Shown here in pieces: positions 48,415 through 57,677 of a stretch of 64,000 nt of DNA. Made by a program: the position numbers and the translations under genes. Below the pieces are notes generated by a model. That model was not told the DNA's origin and did no database searches. It was given only the letters and a program-made list of their open reading frames with translations. The DNA is taken from IMG/VR virus record IMGVR_UViG_3300037312_000927; one strand, given 5' to 3'. Source of the stretch: a virus. The first letter of the stretch is position 1. Each line of letters opens with the position of its first letter.

Positions 48415-48780
48415 ATGAAATTTCCAAAATTCCCCAAATGGCAAGATGGTCGTCAAGGCACAGGTTACAAGGTATTAACCTTGATTAACAGCAAGCTGCT
48501 GAAGTTCGATTGCCACGTTCTTAAATACCCAACGGGATCATACATCCCATTCCACACTGATCCTGCTAAAGAAGGTTACAAGCATTATCGCCTCAACATA
48601 ATCCTTACAAAAGCTGCAGGCGGGGCATTTATATGCCCTAACTATTCGGGCGTATTTAAATGGTGGAGATTCCATTTCTTTCGACCGGACGTTACGGAAC
48701 ACTGTGTCACTCCTGTCTGGGAAGGCACCCGCTACGTCTTCAGTATCGGTTGGCTGAAAAAGGTCCGTTCTTTGGTATAA
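48415..48780 (+). CDS. 2OG-Fe(II) oxygenase superfamily protein
   Basis: HTD...H-V...R (HxD...H...R) motif. Confidence 0.8.
   Translation: MKFPKFPKWQDGRQGTGYKVLTLINSKLLKFDCHVLKYPTGSYIPFHTDPAKEGYKHYRLNIILTKAAGGAFICPNYSGVFKWWRFHFFRPDVTEHCVTPVWEGTRYVFSIGWLKKVRSLV
48773..48780 (+). promoter_or_regulatory. Early promoter TGGTATAA (shares stop codon of upstream gene)
   Basis: Recurrent motif with downstream GTATAGTAC. Confidence 0.65.
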
Positions 48781-48844
48781 GTATAGTACTATAAGATATC
48801 CACCTAGGAAGATCGTAGGATCGTAACATTTACTGAAAGAAACC

Positions 48845-49138
48845 ATGAACGAGAAGAAGATTGAGCAGCTGCGTAATACAATGCAAGAGCACCTTCAAAT
48901 ATCAGATCTGCTCCGACCTCTCCTTACGGAGACTGAAGCCAAGAGACTAATGGTGTATCCTGATACTATTAAAAAGATGATGGATATTCCGGAGATCTGG
49001 AAGAAAATGCAAACCATCCCTGAAGAGGAGATGAATAAAGGCCTCATGCACGGTCTCGCAGCTTTGGATGAAATCAAGAGAAACCTCCAGATCGCACAAC
49101 TTCGTGCCAGTGGAAGTATTTCTGAGAACCTCCACTGA
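48845..49138 (+). CDS. Hypothetical protein
   Basis: Between promoter and terminator. Confidence 0.6.
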   Translation: MNEKKIEQLRNTMQEHLQISDLLRPLLTETEAKRLMVYPDTIKKMMDIPEIWKKMQTIPEEEMNKGLMHGLAALDEIKRNLQIAQLRASGSISENLH

Positions 49139-49193
49139 TAAAAACGCCCTGGAAATTACAGGGCTTTTTTTAGCCTAATCGAGGTCCAAATTT

Positions 49194-49201
49194 TGGTATA
49201 A
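49194..49201 (+). promoter_or_regulatory. Early promoter TGGTATAA
   Basis: Recurrent motif. Confidence 0.7.
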
Positions 49202-49228
49202 GTATAGTACACAGAACTTTGGAGAAAT

Positions 49229-49609
49229 TTGATGAATACAGCCACGGTTATCTTTACTGAAGATTCTATGCTGATACGAAGGGACTTAACTGTTAAAAGG
49301 GTTATAGCCACACCTGGAGGTGAAGCTAGGATGCAGGAGTTAAGCGAGGGTCATAACTACGCTTATGCAATTTTAAGGGATAACCTGGAAGCTATCCTCA
49401 TAAAATCTGATAAAAATGATATTCATGGATTCGTGGCATTCGTGAATATGATCGATAAGTGTAAAACTCCGGAGGTAGTAGGAGAGCTTATTAATAAAAT
49501 ATATCGAAGAACTGATTTTCCTAGTATAAAAGTCTTTGATACAGCAACTATAATGCAGTCAAAAGACCCTAATAGTCGTTATGTATATTGGGTTATTCTG
49601 CACGTCTAA
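49229..49609 (+). CDS. Hypothetical protein
   Basis: GGAG SD. Confidence 0.6.
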   Translation: MMNTATVIFTEDSMLIRRDLTVKRVIATPGGEARMQELSEGHNYAYAILRDNLEAILIKSDKNDIHGFVAFVNMIDKCKTPEVVGELINKIYRRTDFPSIKVFDTATIMQSKDPNSRYVYWVILHV

Positions 49610-49613
49610 AAAG

Positions 49614-49642
49614 AAAAAGCCCGGAATTAACCGGGCTTTTTT
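49614..49642. terminator. Bidirectional terminator
   Basis: AAAAAGCCCGG...CCGGGCTTTTTT between convergent genes. Confidence 0.8.
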
Positions 49643-49645
49643 AGA

Positions 49646-50308
49646 TTAACCAAACGATACTGGGACCGGGCGGTCGAACTGTATTGAGATGTTCTCTGCA
49701 ATGACCGGCTGTTGAGAGGCTACTTGAAAGGAGTAACCATCGAACATACAGTATTCAAGGTAAACAGCACTCAGAACTTTACCGTATCCGTCAGTGTTAC
49801 CACCACGAGTCTTCATGACTAGCAGAAGACCGAACGGTACCGAGAAGTATTCCGAACCAAGGTTCATCATAATATCACTACCATCAGGGCCCGGAGCACG
49901 TTGACCATCCGTAGCCATCGTCGGGCGATACGCTGCGCGGCTTAGAGCTGCCAGAATGTTAGCTTGGTCAGCCAGAACTTTCGACATAGACACGACCGGG
50001 GTGCTCTTACCACGGGTGAAGAATGAACGGTTCGAACCGATTTCAAATAGACGCATCAGCTGAGCGTTATCTTGAAAAGCAATATTGTCGACCAGACCGA
50101 TAGGGATAAGATCGGCCCCACTCGACAGACCTGTGAATCTGGCCGGGCCTGCAAACAGCATAGTGGTGTCAGGGCTTGCAGAGAACTGGCTAAAACGCTC
50201 TAGCCCGTCTTCGTTTAGTTTAGAAACGTAACTACCTTTGTAGTCCCAAGACGTGGTAAAGCCACTGTCTTCTACGGTTGATAGAACGTCTGTTTTAGCA
50301 TCTGCCAT
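49646..50308 (-). CDS. Tail tube protein
   Basis: Follows sheath; PIGLV-N....RLFEIGS---FF...LEYCM-------Q---E-----FDR. Confidence 0.8.
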   Translation of the reverse strand: MADAKTDVLSTVEDSGFTTSWDYKGSYVSKLNEDGLERFSQFSASPDTTMLFAGPARFTGLSSGADLIPIGLVDNIAFQDNAQLMRLFEIGSNRSFFTRGKSTPVVSMSKVLADQANILAALSRAAYRPTMATDGQRAPGPDGSDIMMNLGSEYFSVPFGLLLVMKTRGGNTDGYGKVLSAVYLEYCMFDGYSFQVASQQPVIAENISIQFDRPVPVSFG

Positions 50309-50347
50309 TGTAATTCCTTTGTTAATTATTCGTTGTTACGATGTAGG

Positions 50348-50354
50348 TATTTTA
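50348..50354 (-). promoter_or_regulatory. Putative late promoter TAAAATA
   Basis: Recurrent motif before tube gene. Confidence 0.55.
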
Positions 50355-50392
50355 ATCAAATTAAAGCCCCGGTTTCCCAGGGCCTTGCTAGA

Positions 50393-53029
50393 TTAGATGA
50401 CCAAGTACAGGTTCAGGTAGTTCAGGGTCTTCGGGATCTTGATCGTCAGGCGACAATCCAGGTTGTCCTGGTTGGTTGCGTTCTGAGCCAGAGAATCGAT
50501 CACTGCTGATAGAAGAGGAGCTCCGATACGTGGTAGTTTCTGAGCTTTCAGCATTTCTGAACTAGCGTTGATCGTTTGACGAATCGTTCCGATAGTATCT
50601 TCAGTGATGTTCCACTTACCGATGAAAGCTTTCAGCTTATCCAGGAAGAAATACGACACGAAGTCCCAGTTCTTAACTTGCTGCAGTTCACGGTACTCCA
50701 GGACCGACATATCGGTCGTCAGTTCGTGTCTTACATAAGGCAGCGAACCCGTGGTTTCTTGTACGAAGAGGAACGTACCGGCTTCAGCCATCGCATTCAT
50801 TTGAGCACGAGTGAAGTAGAAGTTACTATTGTACAGGTCCGAAACACCAGCGATGCCCATATTAGTAAAGCCTTGTTGGGCCGGCATGCCTGCCACTAGA
50901 CCGGACACCGCGCAAGCCAAGTAGTAACCCGGAACAATCACTTTGCGGCCATCGACGTTAACTGCAACGGTATCAGGCTGAATATGGATAACACGGTTAG
51001 AACCGAAGGTCTTGCTAACTGCTGCCGCTGCTGCTGCACGCTGAGTCTTGGTCAAAGTACGGGTGATGTAGAAACTAACACCGGTTGCAACGCCTTGGGC
51101 TTGAACAACAATCTGCTGGTTGCTTACAACTTCCAGAACTTGCATCGTTCCAACTGGGCTAGGAGAACCTGTGCCAGCAGTGACGTTTAGGATATCACCA
51201 GGAGTCACACCATCATTGATAAACGTAGAGTTGCTCGATGTCAGAACGTACTTGCCACTTGCCACGGTGATGTTGTTGTTACCACCGTTAGCATTTACCA
51301 GAACATCAGTATATTGGCCAACTGGAGTCTTGGTCGGGATCTTGGTGTTAACCAGAGCCACACGCCAAGCAGCCTCTTCTGCGGTGCTCATTTGCTGTGC
51401 ATGCAGAGCGAAAGCTTGGCAAACGTCTTGATCTTGAGTCATTGGTACCAAACCGTAGACACGCTCACCTTCGGCCAGTTCCAGGGCATCGAAGAAACCT
51501 TGACTGTCATTGCTGCTGATAGCGATAGCACGGACACGAGTCGTAGTATTGGCCAGAGCGGTGCTAACACCTAGGGCCAGAGGATTGTCTTCCGAGATCT
51601 CTCCTAGAGTACCTTCAACTTCGCCTTGTTCGATAGCTAGAACGCTGCTGCTCAGATCAGTACGCAGAGCCTTATAAGCCATATGGACTGTACCACTGAT
51701 GATTTTACCGTAAATAACTTCCGGATTCGGATTAATAGTCACGGTTCCATCTACTGCGATGTTCGATGTTACATAGTTGCTTCCACTAGTAATAGGCTTG
51801 GCAGCTGGGACCAGTTGGTTGTTAAACAGTTTGCGGGTCTTCAGGGTAACTTTAGCCTTCTTAACAACAACTGCTCCTGCATCAACTGCAGTTACGGTAA
51901 CTGGAGAAAGACCACTAATAGTTGATCCGGTTATAGAACCAATAACAGCTTCATGGTCACTTCCGCTGGCACCTGCACCTTTAATAAGGATAGTATCTCC
52001 GGCCACAAAGCCAGTTGCAGAGGTTAGACTCAGTGTCGATGAGCTGGCAGCTATAGCGCCGCTGGCGGTAGTGGACTGACTAACGTTAGCAGGAAGCATA
52101 TCTGCCAGGGTAACCGAACTGATGCCACTTACTGCCACCACGACTAATACTGTAGAGCTGAAGGTTCTAGGGGTCGAAGTATTATCGACATATTCCAGAG
52201 ACACCTCATCACCAGCTTCCATAACCAGCGTAGAAGTAACCGAGTTCACATTGGCAATCTCAGTCTTCGTGATAGCCGTAGCAGAAACCGTAGTCGACGG
52301 AGCTACTGAAATAGTCAGGTTGTTGCCCGAGATATCCAGTACAGTCGCAGTTAGATCTGCTCCAGATACACCCGCACCCGTAATAACTACAGAATCTCCG
52401 ATACGGAATGAAGTTACATCAGCGACCGAAGCGATGGTTGCATTACCTGAGGTAACATCACCCGTTGAACTTGCTGCAAAAAAGTCAAGCTTATTGCTAG
52501 CAGGATATCCTGCAAATCCACTTGCGAGGGTTTCAACTTTTGCTTGATTGACTAGGACCTGAACCGATGACGAATCCACGACTTGGCCGGGGAGTTGGCC
52601 TGGCAGGTTGAATACGTTAGTAGCAGTGGAATCCACGATAATTCCGCGTTTGCTTACTAGGGCGTCCGTAACAGTAGCGCCCGCTACGGTATCCAAGGTC
52701 AACACAGTACCCGAAGCCGATACCACTTTACCAGACAGGTCTGCACCAGTCGAATCAGCCGCCCCTGTGACAAGAACTGTGTCACCTACAGTGAAAGGGG
52801 GGATGCTATCGAAAGTCAGATCTGCGCTGTCTTTAACCATAGACCCCCTTGCACTAGCTGCGCTGGTAGCAGCCGTTTTAACCAAGGAGGTTGCACTCCC
52901 CGGCACGTAACGTAGAACGTTGTATGCAGGACCAACAATGCAGGACTCCAGGCTCGGGGTTCCTTGAACGACCCCGCCCGCATTCTCTAATTCTTGATAT
53001 ACTAAAACACTTGGTTGAGTATACGACAT
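50393..53029 (-). CDS. Contractile tail sheath protein with inserted domains
   Basis: YTQPSVLVYQE N-terminus, P---LA-AV-GL---P-QGFTN, RHELTTD...RE...K--DF C-terminal sheath motifs. Confidence 0.9.
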   Translation of the reverse strand: MSYTQPSVLVYQELENAGGVVQGTPSLESCIVGPAYNVLRYVPGSATSLVKTAATSAASARGSMVKDSADLTFDSIPPFTVGDTVLVTGAADSTGADLSGKVVSASGTVLTLDTVAGATVTDALVSKRGIIVDSTATNVFNLPGQLPGQVVDSSSVQVLVNQAKVETLASGFAGYPASNKLDFFAASSTGDVTSGNATIASVADVTSFRIGDSVVITGAGVSGADLTATVLDISGNNLTISVAPSTTVSATAITKTEIANVNSVTSTLVMEAGDEVSLEYVDNTSTPRTFSSTVLVVVAVSGISSVTLADMLPANVSQSTTASGAIAASSSTLSLTSATGFVAGDTILIKGAGASGSDHEAVIGSITGSTISGLSPVTVTAVDAGAVVVKKAKVTLKTRKLFNNQLVPAAKPITSGSNYVTSNIAVDGTVTINPNPEVIYGKIISGTVHMAYKALRTDLSSSVLAIEQGEVEGTLGEISEDNPLALGVSTALANTTTRVRAIAISSNDSQGFFDALELAEGERVYGLVPMTQDQDVCQAFALHAQQMSTAEEAAWRVALVNTKIPTKTPVGQYTDVLVNANGGNNNITVASGKYVLTSSNSTFINDGVTPGDILNVTAGTGSPSPVGTMQVLEVVSNQQIVVQAQGVATGVSFYITRTLTKTQRAAAAAAVSKTFGSNRVIHIQPDTVAVNVDGRKVIVPGYYLACAVSGLVAGMPAQQGFTNMGIAGVSDLYNSNFYFTRAQMNAMAEAGTFLFVQETTGSLPYVRHELTTDMSVLEYRELQQVKNWDFVSYFFLDKLKAFIGKWNITEDTIGTIRQTINASSEMLKAQKLPRIGAPLLSAVIDSLAQNATNQDNLDCRLTIKIPKTLNYLNLYLVI

Positions 53030-53117
53030 TAACTACTCCTATTATATTTTTCGGTGTTACCCGCTGTTCAACAACAACGGGCGAAATACTTTTAAGGTAA
53101 CGATGTTACTATGATTG

Positions 53118-53124
53118 TATTTTA
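53118..53124 (-). promoter_or_regulatory. Putative late promoter TAAAATA (second copy 53142-53148)
   Basis: Recurrent motif before sheath gene. Confidence 0.55.
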
Positions 53125-53150
53125 ACCCCGATTAAGTTTATTATTTTAAT

Positions 53151-53783
53151 TTAAGAGACTTTAGACTGACCTATCCTGGCTATCAAACGCTCGGGGATAT
53201 TATCAGTCTTGATGCTAACGTATATACTCTTGAATGTTATTGCGTCAAATTTGACCATCCAGCTATCTTCACAACGATATGGGACAGAGATAGAAACCTT
53301 AAATTTTTCGATATCTTCCTTGTCTGGTTCACAGGAGCTTACAGACATGTCTAAGCCAAATTCGTGAAACCCCATTTCATTACATATAAATGGTCTAGTA
53401 GCTGCAATGAAATGCGTAACCATATCAGTGATTAGCTCGCAGGTACCTTCCTGACTAGTCTCGATGATGATCTGAGCTACGCCGTTTACGAAAACTAAGT
53501 TAGTTCGTTCGCTCTTACCAAATACTTCTTTTATACCCGGAGCCGAAGCCATGTTGTCAGAAAGCCCGGTTTTTGTTATAGAATAATTACCTCTACTCAC
53601 AAGTATTCTAGGCTTAGTCTGGATTGGTATTTTGTGGAAGTCGTTTACTGTACCTATCTCTATTTTTGTCACCTTTTCATCCGGATCCCAAAATAACCCA
53701 TCTTCTGTCTTGGGAAACTGACTAAAAAAGTATCTCAAAGGCTCGACTATCATAGTCGTTAAATATAATGGGCTGAAATACAT
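53151..53783 (-). CDS. Tail terminator/completion-like protein
   Basis: Position before sheath; P-I-V-RG beta-rich fold. Confidence 0.5.
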   Translation of the reverse strand: MYFSPLYLTTMIVEPLRYFFSQFPKTEDGLFWDPDEKVTKIEIGTVNDFHKIPIQTKPRILVSRGNYSITKTGLSDNMASAPGIKEVFGKSERTNLVFVNGVAQIIIETSQEGTCELITDMVTHFIAATRPFICNEMGFHEFGLDMSVSSCEPDKEDIEKFKVSISVPYRCEDSWMVKFDAITFKSIYVSIKTDNIPERLIARIGQSKVS

Positions 53784-53784
53784 A

Positions 53785-55239
53785 TCAATCGCTCTTTATT
53801 AAATCTTTGATCTTCCTAGTTACTTCATCTTTGTTGTCACTATTAACACTTAGATACTGGTCGATTGTTTTACTTTTGTTTTTTCTACCTAAAAATCCAG
53901 GCCTGAAAGTAGAGTGGAAGTGCTGGATCTTAACTTCTCTCTCCTCTTCCGGCAGGTGATCATGACTCTTATATCGAGCTCCTCGACCTATTACTTGGTC
54001 AATCTTACTCTTATTGAAGTGGGGTTCCAGGACCTGTATGAGCTTAGTGCCTTTCAGATCGAGCCCCTCGGCTCCACTAGAACTAATGAGAAGCGTAGGA
54101 ACTTCCCCTGAATTATACGCAGCCACTGCAGCATCTTTCTCCTTCTTGCTTAAACCACCGTGATATAGAGTATGTTTAATACCTTTCTCGTTCAGGTGAT
54201 TTGAGTAGTCTTCTAGCCCGGCTTTCAAATAATTAGAATATACAACTCCACGATAATTCTTATCATCCTTCATATGTTTCTTCAGCTCATCTACAGCTTT
54301 CTGAATTTTAGGGCTTAACTCGTGCTTATCACCGGCGATATAGGGCTTGGTACTATTGCTGACCTGACGTACCCCTGTTGAAAAGGCGTTTAGCTGTGCA
54401 CTTTCTTTTTTATCCAAGGGTAGATTATGCCGAATCTTCATACGAATGATGAAGGGGATATTACCTTCAAGAAACTTATACATTCTCTCCTGTTTCTCGT
54501 TCATATGAACTTCGTGAGTCTCATGGACTTTACGAGGAAAGTACTTCTCCGATTTAGGATCATCCATCACATCATACTTATCAACGTATTTGTTCAGTAC
54601 TTTAGAGAGTTCACCTTTGTTCTTGATAGTGGTCTTAACTCCAGGTTTTTTACCTAAAAGAAACTGAGCAACAATACCTGGATCAGAAACCGTTTTAGTT
54701 ATATAACGATTTTCAAAATCAGATTTATTCACAGGCAGAAGTTTTTCTCCACTAACGAGATTGACCAGGGGACTAATATCTTCAGGAGAGTTGTAGATAG
54801 GGGTTGCAGTAGCCAGGAGCTTATGGTCTGCTCCAGCTACTAATTTTTCCAGACCTTTAAAACGTTTAGTATCGGTATTACGAAGTTTGTGGCCTTCGTC
54901 CATTGCCACCAAGGAGTATTTATTCTTCAGTAAGCGGGGTAAATCATTAATAGCCTTTTCGTAGCTGATAACTTCCATACGCTCCGGATCAACGTCGATA
55001 CCATGCTTCTTATGGTCTTTTTCGATATTGGTAGTCAAACTGGCTGGAGTGATAACCAACTGCTTAGAGTCTTTGTCAAGTTTCTGAATACGGCTAACGG
55101 CCTCATTGATAGTACGAGTTTTACCTGACCCTGTGGAATGAGCAAGGATAATGCCTTTATTCTCAAGCAGCTTTTTAACGCTTCGATCCTGATGTTTTTG
55201 AAGGGCTTCTTTAGCTATCTTTACTAAATATTTATTCAT
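53785..55239 (-). CDS. SF2 (SNF2-like) helicase/ATPase
   Basis: HSTGSGKT, DEGH, ATATP, SGAEGLDL, QVIGRGAR. Confidence 0.92.
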   Translation of the reverse strand: MNKYLVKIAKEALQKHQDRSVKKLLENKGIILAHSTGSGKTRTINEAVSRIQKLDKDSKQLVITPASLTTNIEKDHKKHGIDVDPERMEVISYEKAINDLPRLLKNKYSLVAMDEGHKLRNTDTKRFKGLEKLVAGADHKLLATATPIYNSPEDISPLVNLVSGEKLLPVNKSDFENRYITKTVSDPGIVAQFLLGKKPGVKTTIKNKGELSKVLNKYVDKYDVMDDPKSEKYFPRKVHETHEVHMNEKQERMYKFLEGNIPFIIRMKIRHNLPLDKKESAQLNAFSTGVRQVSNSTKPYIAGDKHELSPKIQKAVDELKKHMKDDKNYRGVVYSNYLKAGLEDYSNHLNEKGIKHTLYHGGLSKKEKDAAVAAYNSGEVPTLLISSSGAEGLDLKGTKLIQVLEPHFNKSKIDQVIGRGARYKSHDHLPEEEREVKIQHFHSTFRPGFLGRKNKSKTIDQYLSVNSDNKDEVTRKIKDLIKSD

Positions 55240-56138
55240 ATATATTCTTGCGGGAAATCCGGTATGTCTTTGGCTAAAAGCTCGTATTCTATGCTGCTTC
55301 TGCTCAGTTCTGTTAGCTGCAGTAACTGTCTTACAACTTGGCTTTGGAGTTCAGTTGTTGCGACGTTCTCCACTCGGTAAAGATCCCACTCCCCGTGCCG
55401 AATAATTATATCATCAGGCATTATATCTGGGAGACTGATAGTCCATGCTGCCATTTGATTTGGTTCAAATATCCCGAAGTAAGTCTTTATATTTGAATTA
55501 GGGGAGGGGTCGTACTGTACGAACGTAGTGTAGCATGGGAAATACCCCCCTTTAAAACTGGTACCTAAGCAGGTGCTACAGTTATCTTTCATAACCTTAC
55601 CTACCTTGGCATTCCAGCATTCTGGACAACGTTCTCCATAGGTCATTTTGCGGAATAGATAAGTCTTGGTCCCTGTAAATTTGCTCAGCAGTAGCCACTC
55701 TCTACGTTGAATTTCTCTACTGCGTAGTTCAACCCAATGAGTCTGGGTAGTATACCAGCTCTGAGGTTTTGATTTTATGCTTACGCTATTTTTATCTAGG
55801 AGTATCGCCTCTACTATATAGTACCCTTTATTGAACTTGCTGTATTCCTGAGTCGTTGTATCAGCAAGATGATTGCTATCAATAGGGGCAGCATTCAGCC
55901 TTTGGAAAGGGCCATCACTGGTAGGGCCAAAGTATACGTTGAACAGACAGCTCCCCCAATCTGCAGGTACGGACCAATCCACCACCACGTGTTTATACCA
56001 ACGCGGATATAGATTGACTTTGATATTTCCTGAAACGTTAGTCGTAAGCGGCTGTGACTTTACGTTATCGTCAGCGTTCTTGCTGTAAACATTAGTTTGT
56101 AGGAGATGGCCTACTGAAAAGGAATAGTTGAATGACAT
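55236..56138 (-). CDS. Neck/head-closure-like virion protein with Zn ribbon
   Basis: FN3-like N-terminus, CPEC...CSTC-GT---GGY; position in head-tail module. Confidence 0.5.
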   Translation of the reverse strand: MSFNYSFSVGHLLQTNVYSKNADDNVKSQPLTTNVSGNIKVNLYPRWYKHVVVDWSVPADWGSCLFNVYFGPTSDGPFQRLNAAPIDSNHLADTTTQEYSKFNKGYYIVEAILLDKNSVSIKSKPQSWYTTQTHWVELRSREIQRREWLLLSKFTGTKTYLFRKMTYGERCPECWNAKVGKVMKDNCSTCLGTSFKGGYFPCYTTFVQYDPSPNSNIKTYFGIFEPNQMAAWTISLPDIMPDDIIIRHGEWDLYRVENVATTELQSQVVRQLLQLTELSRSSIEYELLAKDIPDFPQEYI

Positions 56139-56143
56139 GAAAG

Positions 56144-56150
56144 TATTTTA
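56144..56150 (-). promoter_or_regulatory. Putative late promoter TAAAATA
   Basis: 5 nt before ATG 56138. Confidence 0.45.
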
Positions 56151-56162
56151 GCCGTAGGTAAT

Positions 56163-56198
56163 AAAAAAGCCCTACTACATATTATGTTAGTAAGGCTT
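56163..56198 (-). terminator. Intrinsic terminator
   Basis: AAGCCTTACTA...TAGTAGGGCTT + T-tract on minus strand. Confidence 0.65.
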
Positions 56199-56219
56199 AT
56201 AAATAAAAGATAGCGTTTT

Positions 56220-56227
56220 TGGTATAA
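56220..56227 (+). promoter_or_regulatory. Early promoter TGGTATAA driving ORF-less unit
   Basis: TGGTATAAGTATAGTAC identical to copies at 48773 and 49194. Confidence 0.7.
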
Positions 56228-56232
56228 GTATA

Positions 56233-56388
56233 GTACAAATTAACTACGATTTTCCACCAATACCAGGTCATCCCCTTCATAGTTTCACCGATTAACCGAA
56301 TAACCCTGGGTGGGTTACACAGTTCCGACGGTCTCCACCGGTCGGGATTTTGTTACAGGATAACCTCCCTATCCTGTAACTTTTTTTT
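56233..56388 (+). ncRNA. Candidate ~150-nt small RNA
   Basis: Promoter, no ATG-initiated ORF, two internal hairpins, 11-bp terminator stem with plus-strand T8. Confidence 0.6.
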
Positions 56389-56821
56389 ACCATACAGGGA
56401 ACATTGCTTCATCAGAGCTGACTGAGCCCCAGCCAGATTCCATATTCAGCTGGATCTTCAGGGCCTTAGCAGTTTCTGTAAACTGTGATCTGAAGCTATT
56501 GGCTAAGCCTAGATAAAGCTCAGCCCTTTCTTCTACGGGAATCTGTAAGCCCCCGTCGGAGTACTGCATAGTGTTTCTTGCTAGCAAGGTGGCTTTACCC
56601 AGATACATCTGCCAGCACGTTGCAAGTAGGAGTAAGAATTTGCTAGGAAAGTTATCTTCTGTGTAAAGAGTTTTCGGGGACATCATATTGAACGAATCAA
56701 TCCCCAGGGACTTACACAGAGAAATATAAGTATCAGTGAACTCCTCTCCATCGATAAGATAGTTATTTGGAGCGTAATCACTTACGTATTCACGTACTTC
56801 TTCAATGGAGAGACTAGCCAT
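56387..56821 (-). CDS. Head-tail adaptor-like protein
   Basis: Helical 144 aa; YSDGG motif; position. Confidence 0.5.
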   Translation of the reverse strand: MASLSIEEVREYVSDYAPNNYLIDGEEFTDTYISLCKSLGIDSFNMMSPKTLYTEDNFPSKFLLLLATCWQMYLGKATLLARNTMQYSDGGLQIPVEERAELYLGLANSFRSQFTETAKALKIQLNMESGWGSVSSDEAMFPVW

Positions 56822-56823
56822 AT

Positions 56824-57189
56824 TTATTTAGCTTTGCGAGTTTTTGCAGGAGCAACTTCTACAGGAGTTCCGGTAGCTTCAGCAGGTTCGGCGTCCTTCT
56901 CTTCTGCAGCAGCAGCTTTAGCGGCTAGCTCTTCCTTTAGTTCTTCTTCGGTAAGACCCTCATATGGCTTGGTAATCTCGACTTCTACTTCAGGTTTCGC
57001 AACTGCTTTAGCCTTCGGTTCCGTGTCTGAGATCTCAGCCCAGTCACGCATCACGGCGTATACAATGGTAGCTTCATCTACTTCAGTGTGATGAATTGCG
57101 TGGGAGCCGCCTGGGGGGATGCTGACGTAACCTGCTTTAAGGACCAGCTCCGAAGGGAGTTTATTGATTAGATATTTTTTAGTAGTCAT
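56824..57189 (-). CDS. Hypothetical virion protein with Ala/Glu/Lys-rich tail
   Basis: Late operon. Confidence 0.55.
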   Translation of the reverse strand: MTTKKYLINKLPSELVLKAGYVSIPPGGSHAIHHTEVDEATIVYAVMRDWAEISDTEPKAKAVAKPEVEVEITKPYEGLTEEELKEELAAKAAAAEEKDAEPAEATGTPVEVAPAKTRKAK

Positions 57190-57212
57190 AGTTTTAATTA
57201 CAATTCTTAAAT

Positions 57213-57563
57213 TTAAGCGCCCTCGCCAGGCGTGTTGTTATTATAGTACATGCTATTGATTCTGGCTAGGATCTTTTCGTCTTTATGTTGGTGGTACTTA
57301 TGAAGTCCAAGGAAACCGGTAGTCACCCCTACCCCAGTACCTAATGCAGTCTTTACTCGGGTTCTCGTGGATTTGGCTCTAGCAACGTCATAGAGCCTCT
57401 GAGCACGATTTATCGTAGCTTCTGGCACGCCCCTAGGACCAACCTTTTTAAAGCGCTTCAGAGACTCTACATCGGATTTATAACGACGAGCAGAGACTCC
57501 GGCTAGTTCATCTCCGAACTTCACTACCTTAGATAGAAGCTTTTGTTTATTTAGAAGTGGCAT
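57213..57563 (-). CDS. Basic small protein with Gly-rich hydrophobic helix (probable internal virion protein)
   Basis: KTALGTGVGVTTGFLG; resembles N-part of 63303..64000. Confidence 0.5.
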   Translation of the reverse strand: MPLLNKQKLLSKVVKFGDELAGVSARRYKSDVESLKRFKKVGPRGVPEATINRAQRLYDVARAKSTRTRVKTALGTGVGVTTGFLGLHKYHQHKDEKILARINSMYYNNNTPGEGA

Positions 57564-57587
57564 AATCCGTTCTCTTAACTGATATCC

Positions 57588-57594
57588 TATTTTA
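57588..57594 (-). promoter_or_regulatory. Putative late promoter TAAAATA
   Basis: Recurrent motif. Confidence 0.55.
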
Positions 57595-57621
57595 ACAAGG
57601 ATTCACGATTTTCGCATTTTT

Positions 57622-57629
57622 TGGTATAA
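57622..57629 (+). promoter_or_regulatory. Early promoter TGGTATAA
   Basis: Recurrent motif. Confidence 0.7.
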
Positions 57630-57677
57630 GGCTAGTAGACAGAGCTATTAGCTCTTTTTTATTTAAATGGAGTTAGT

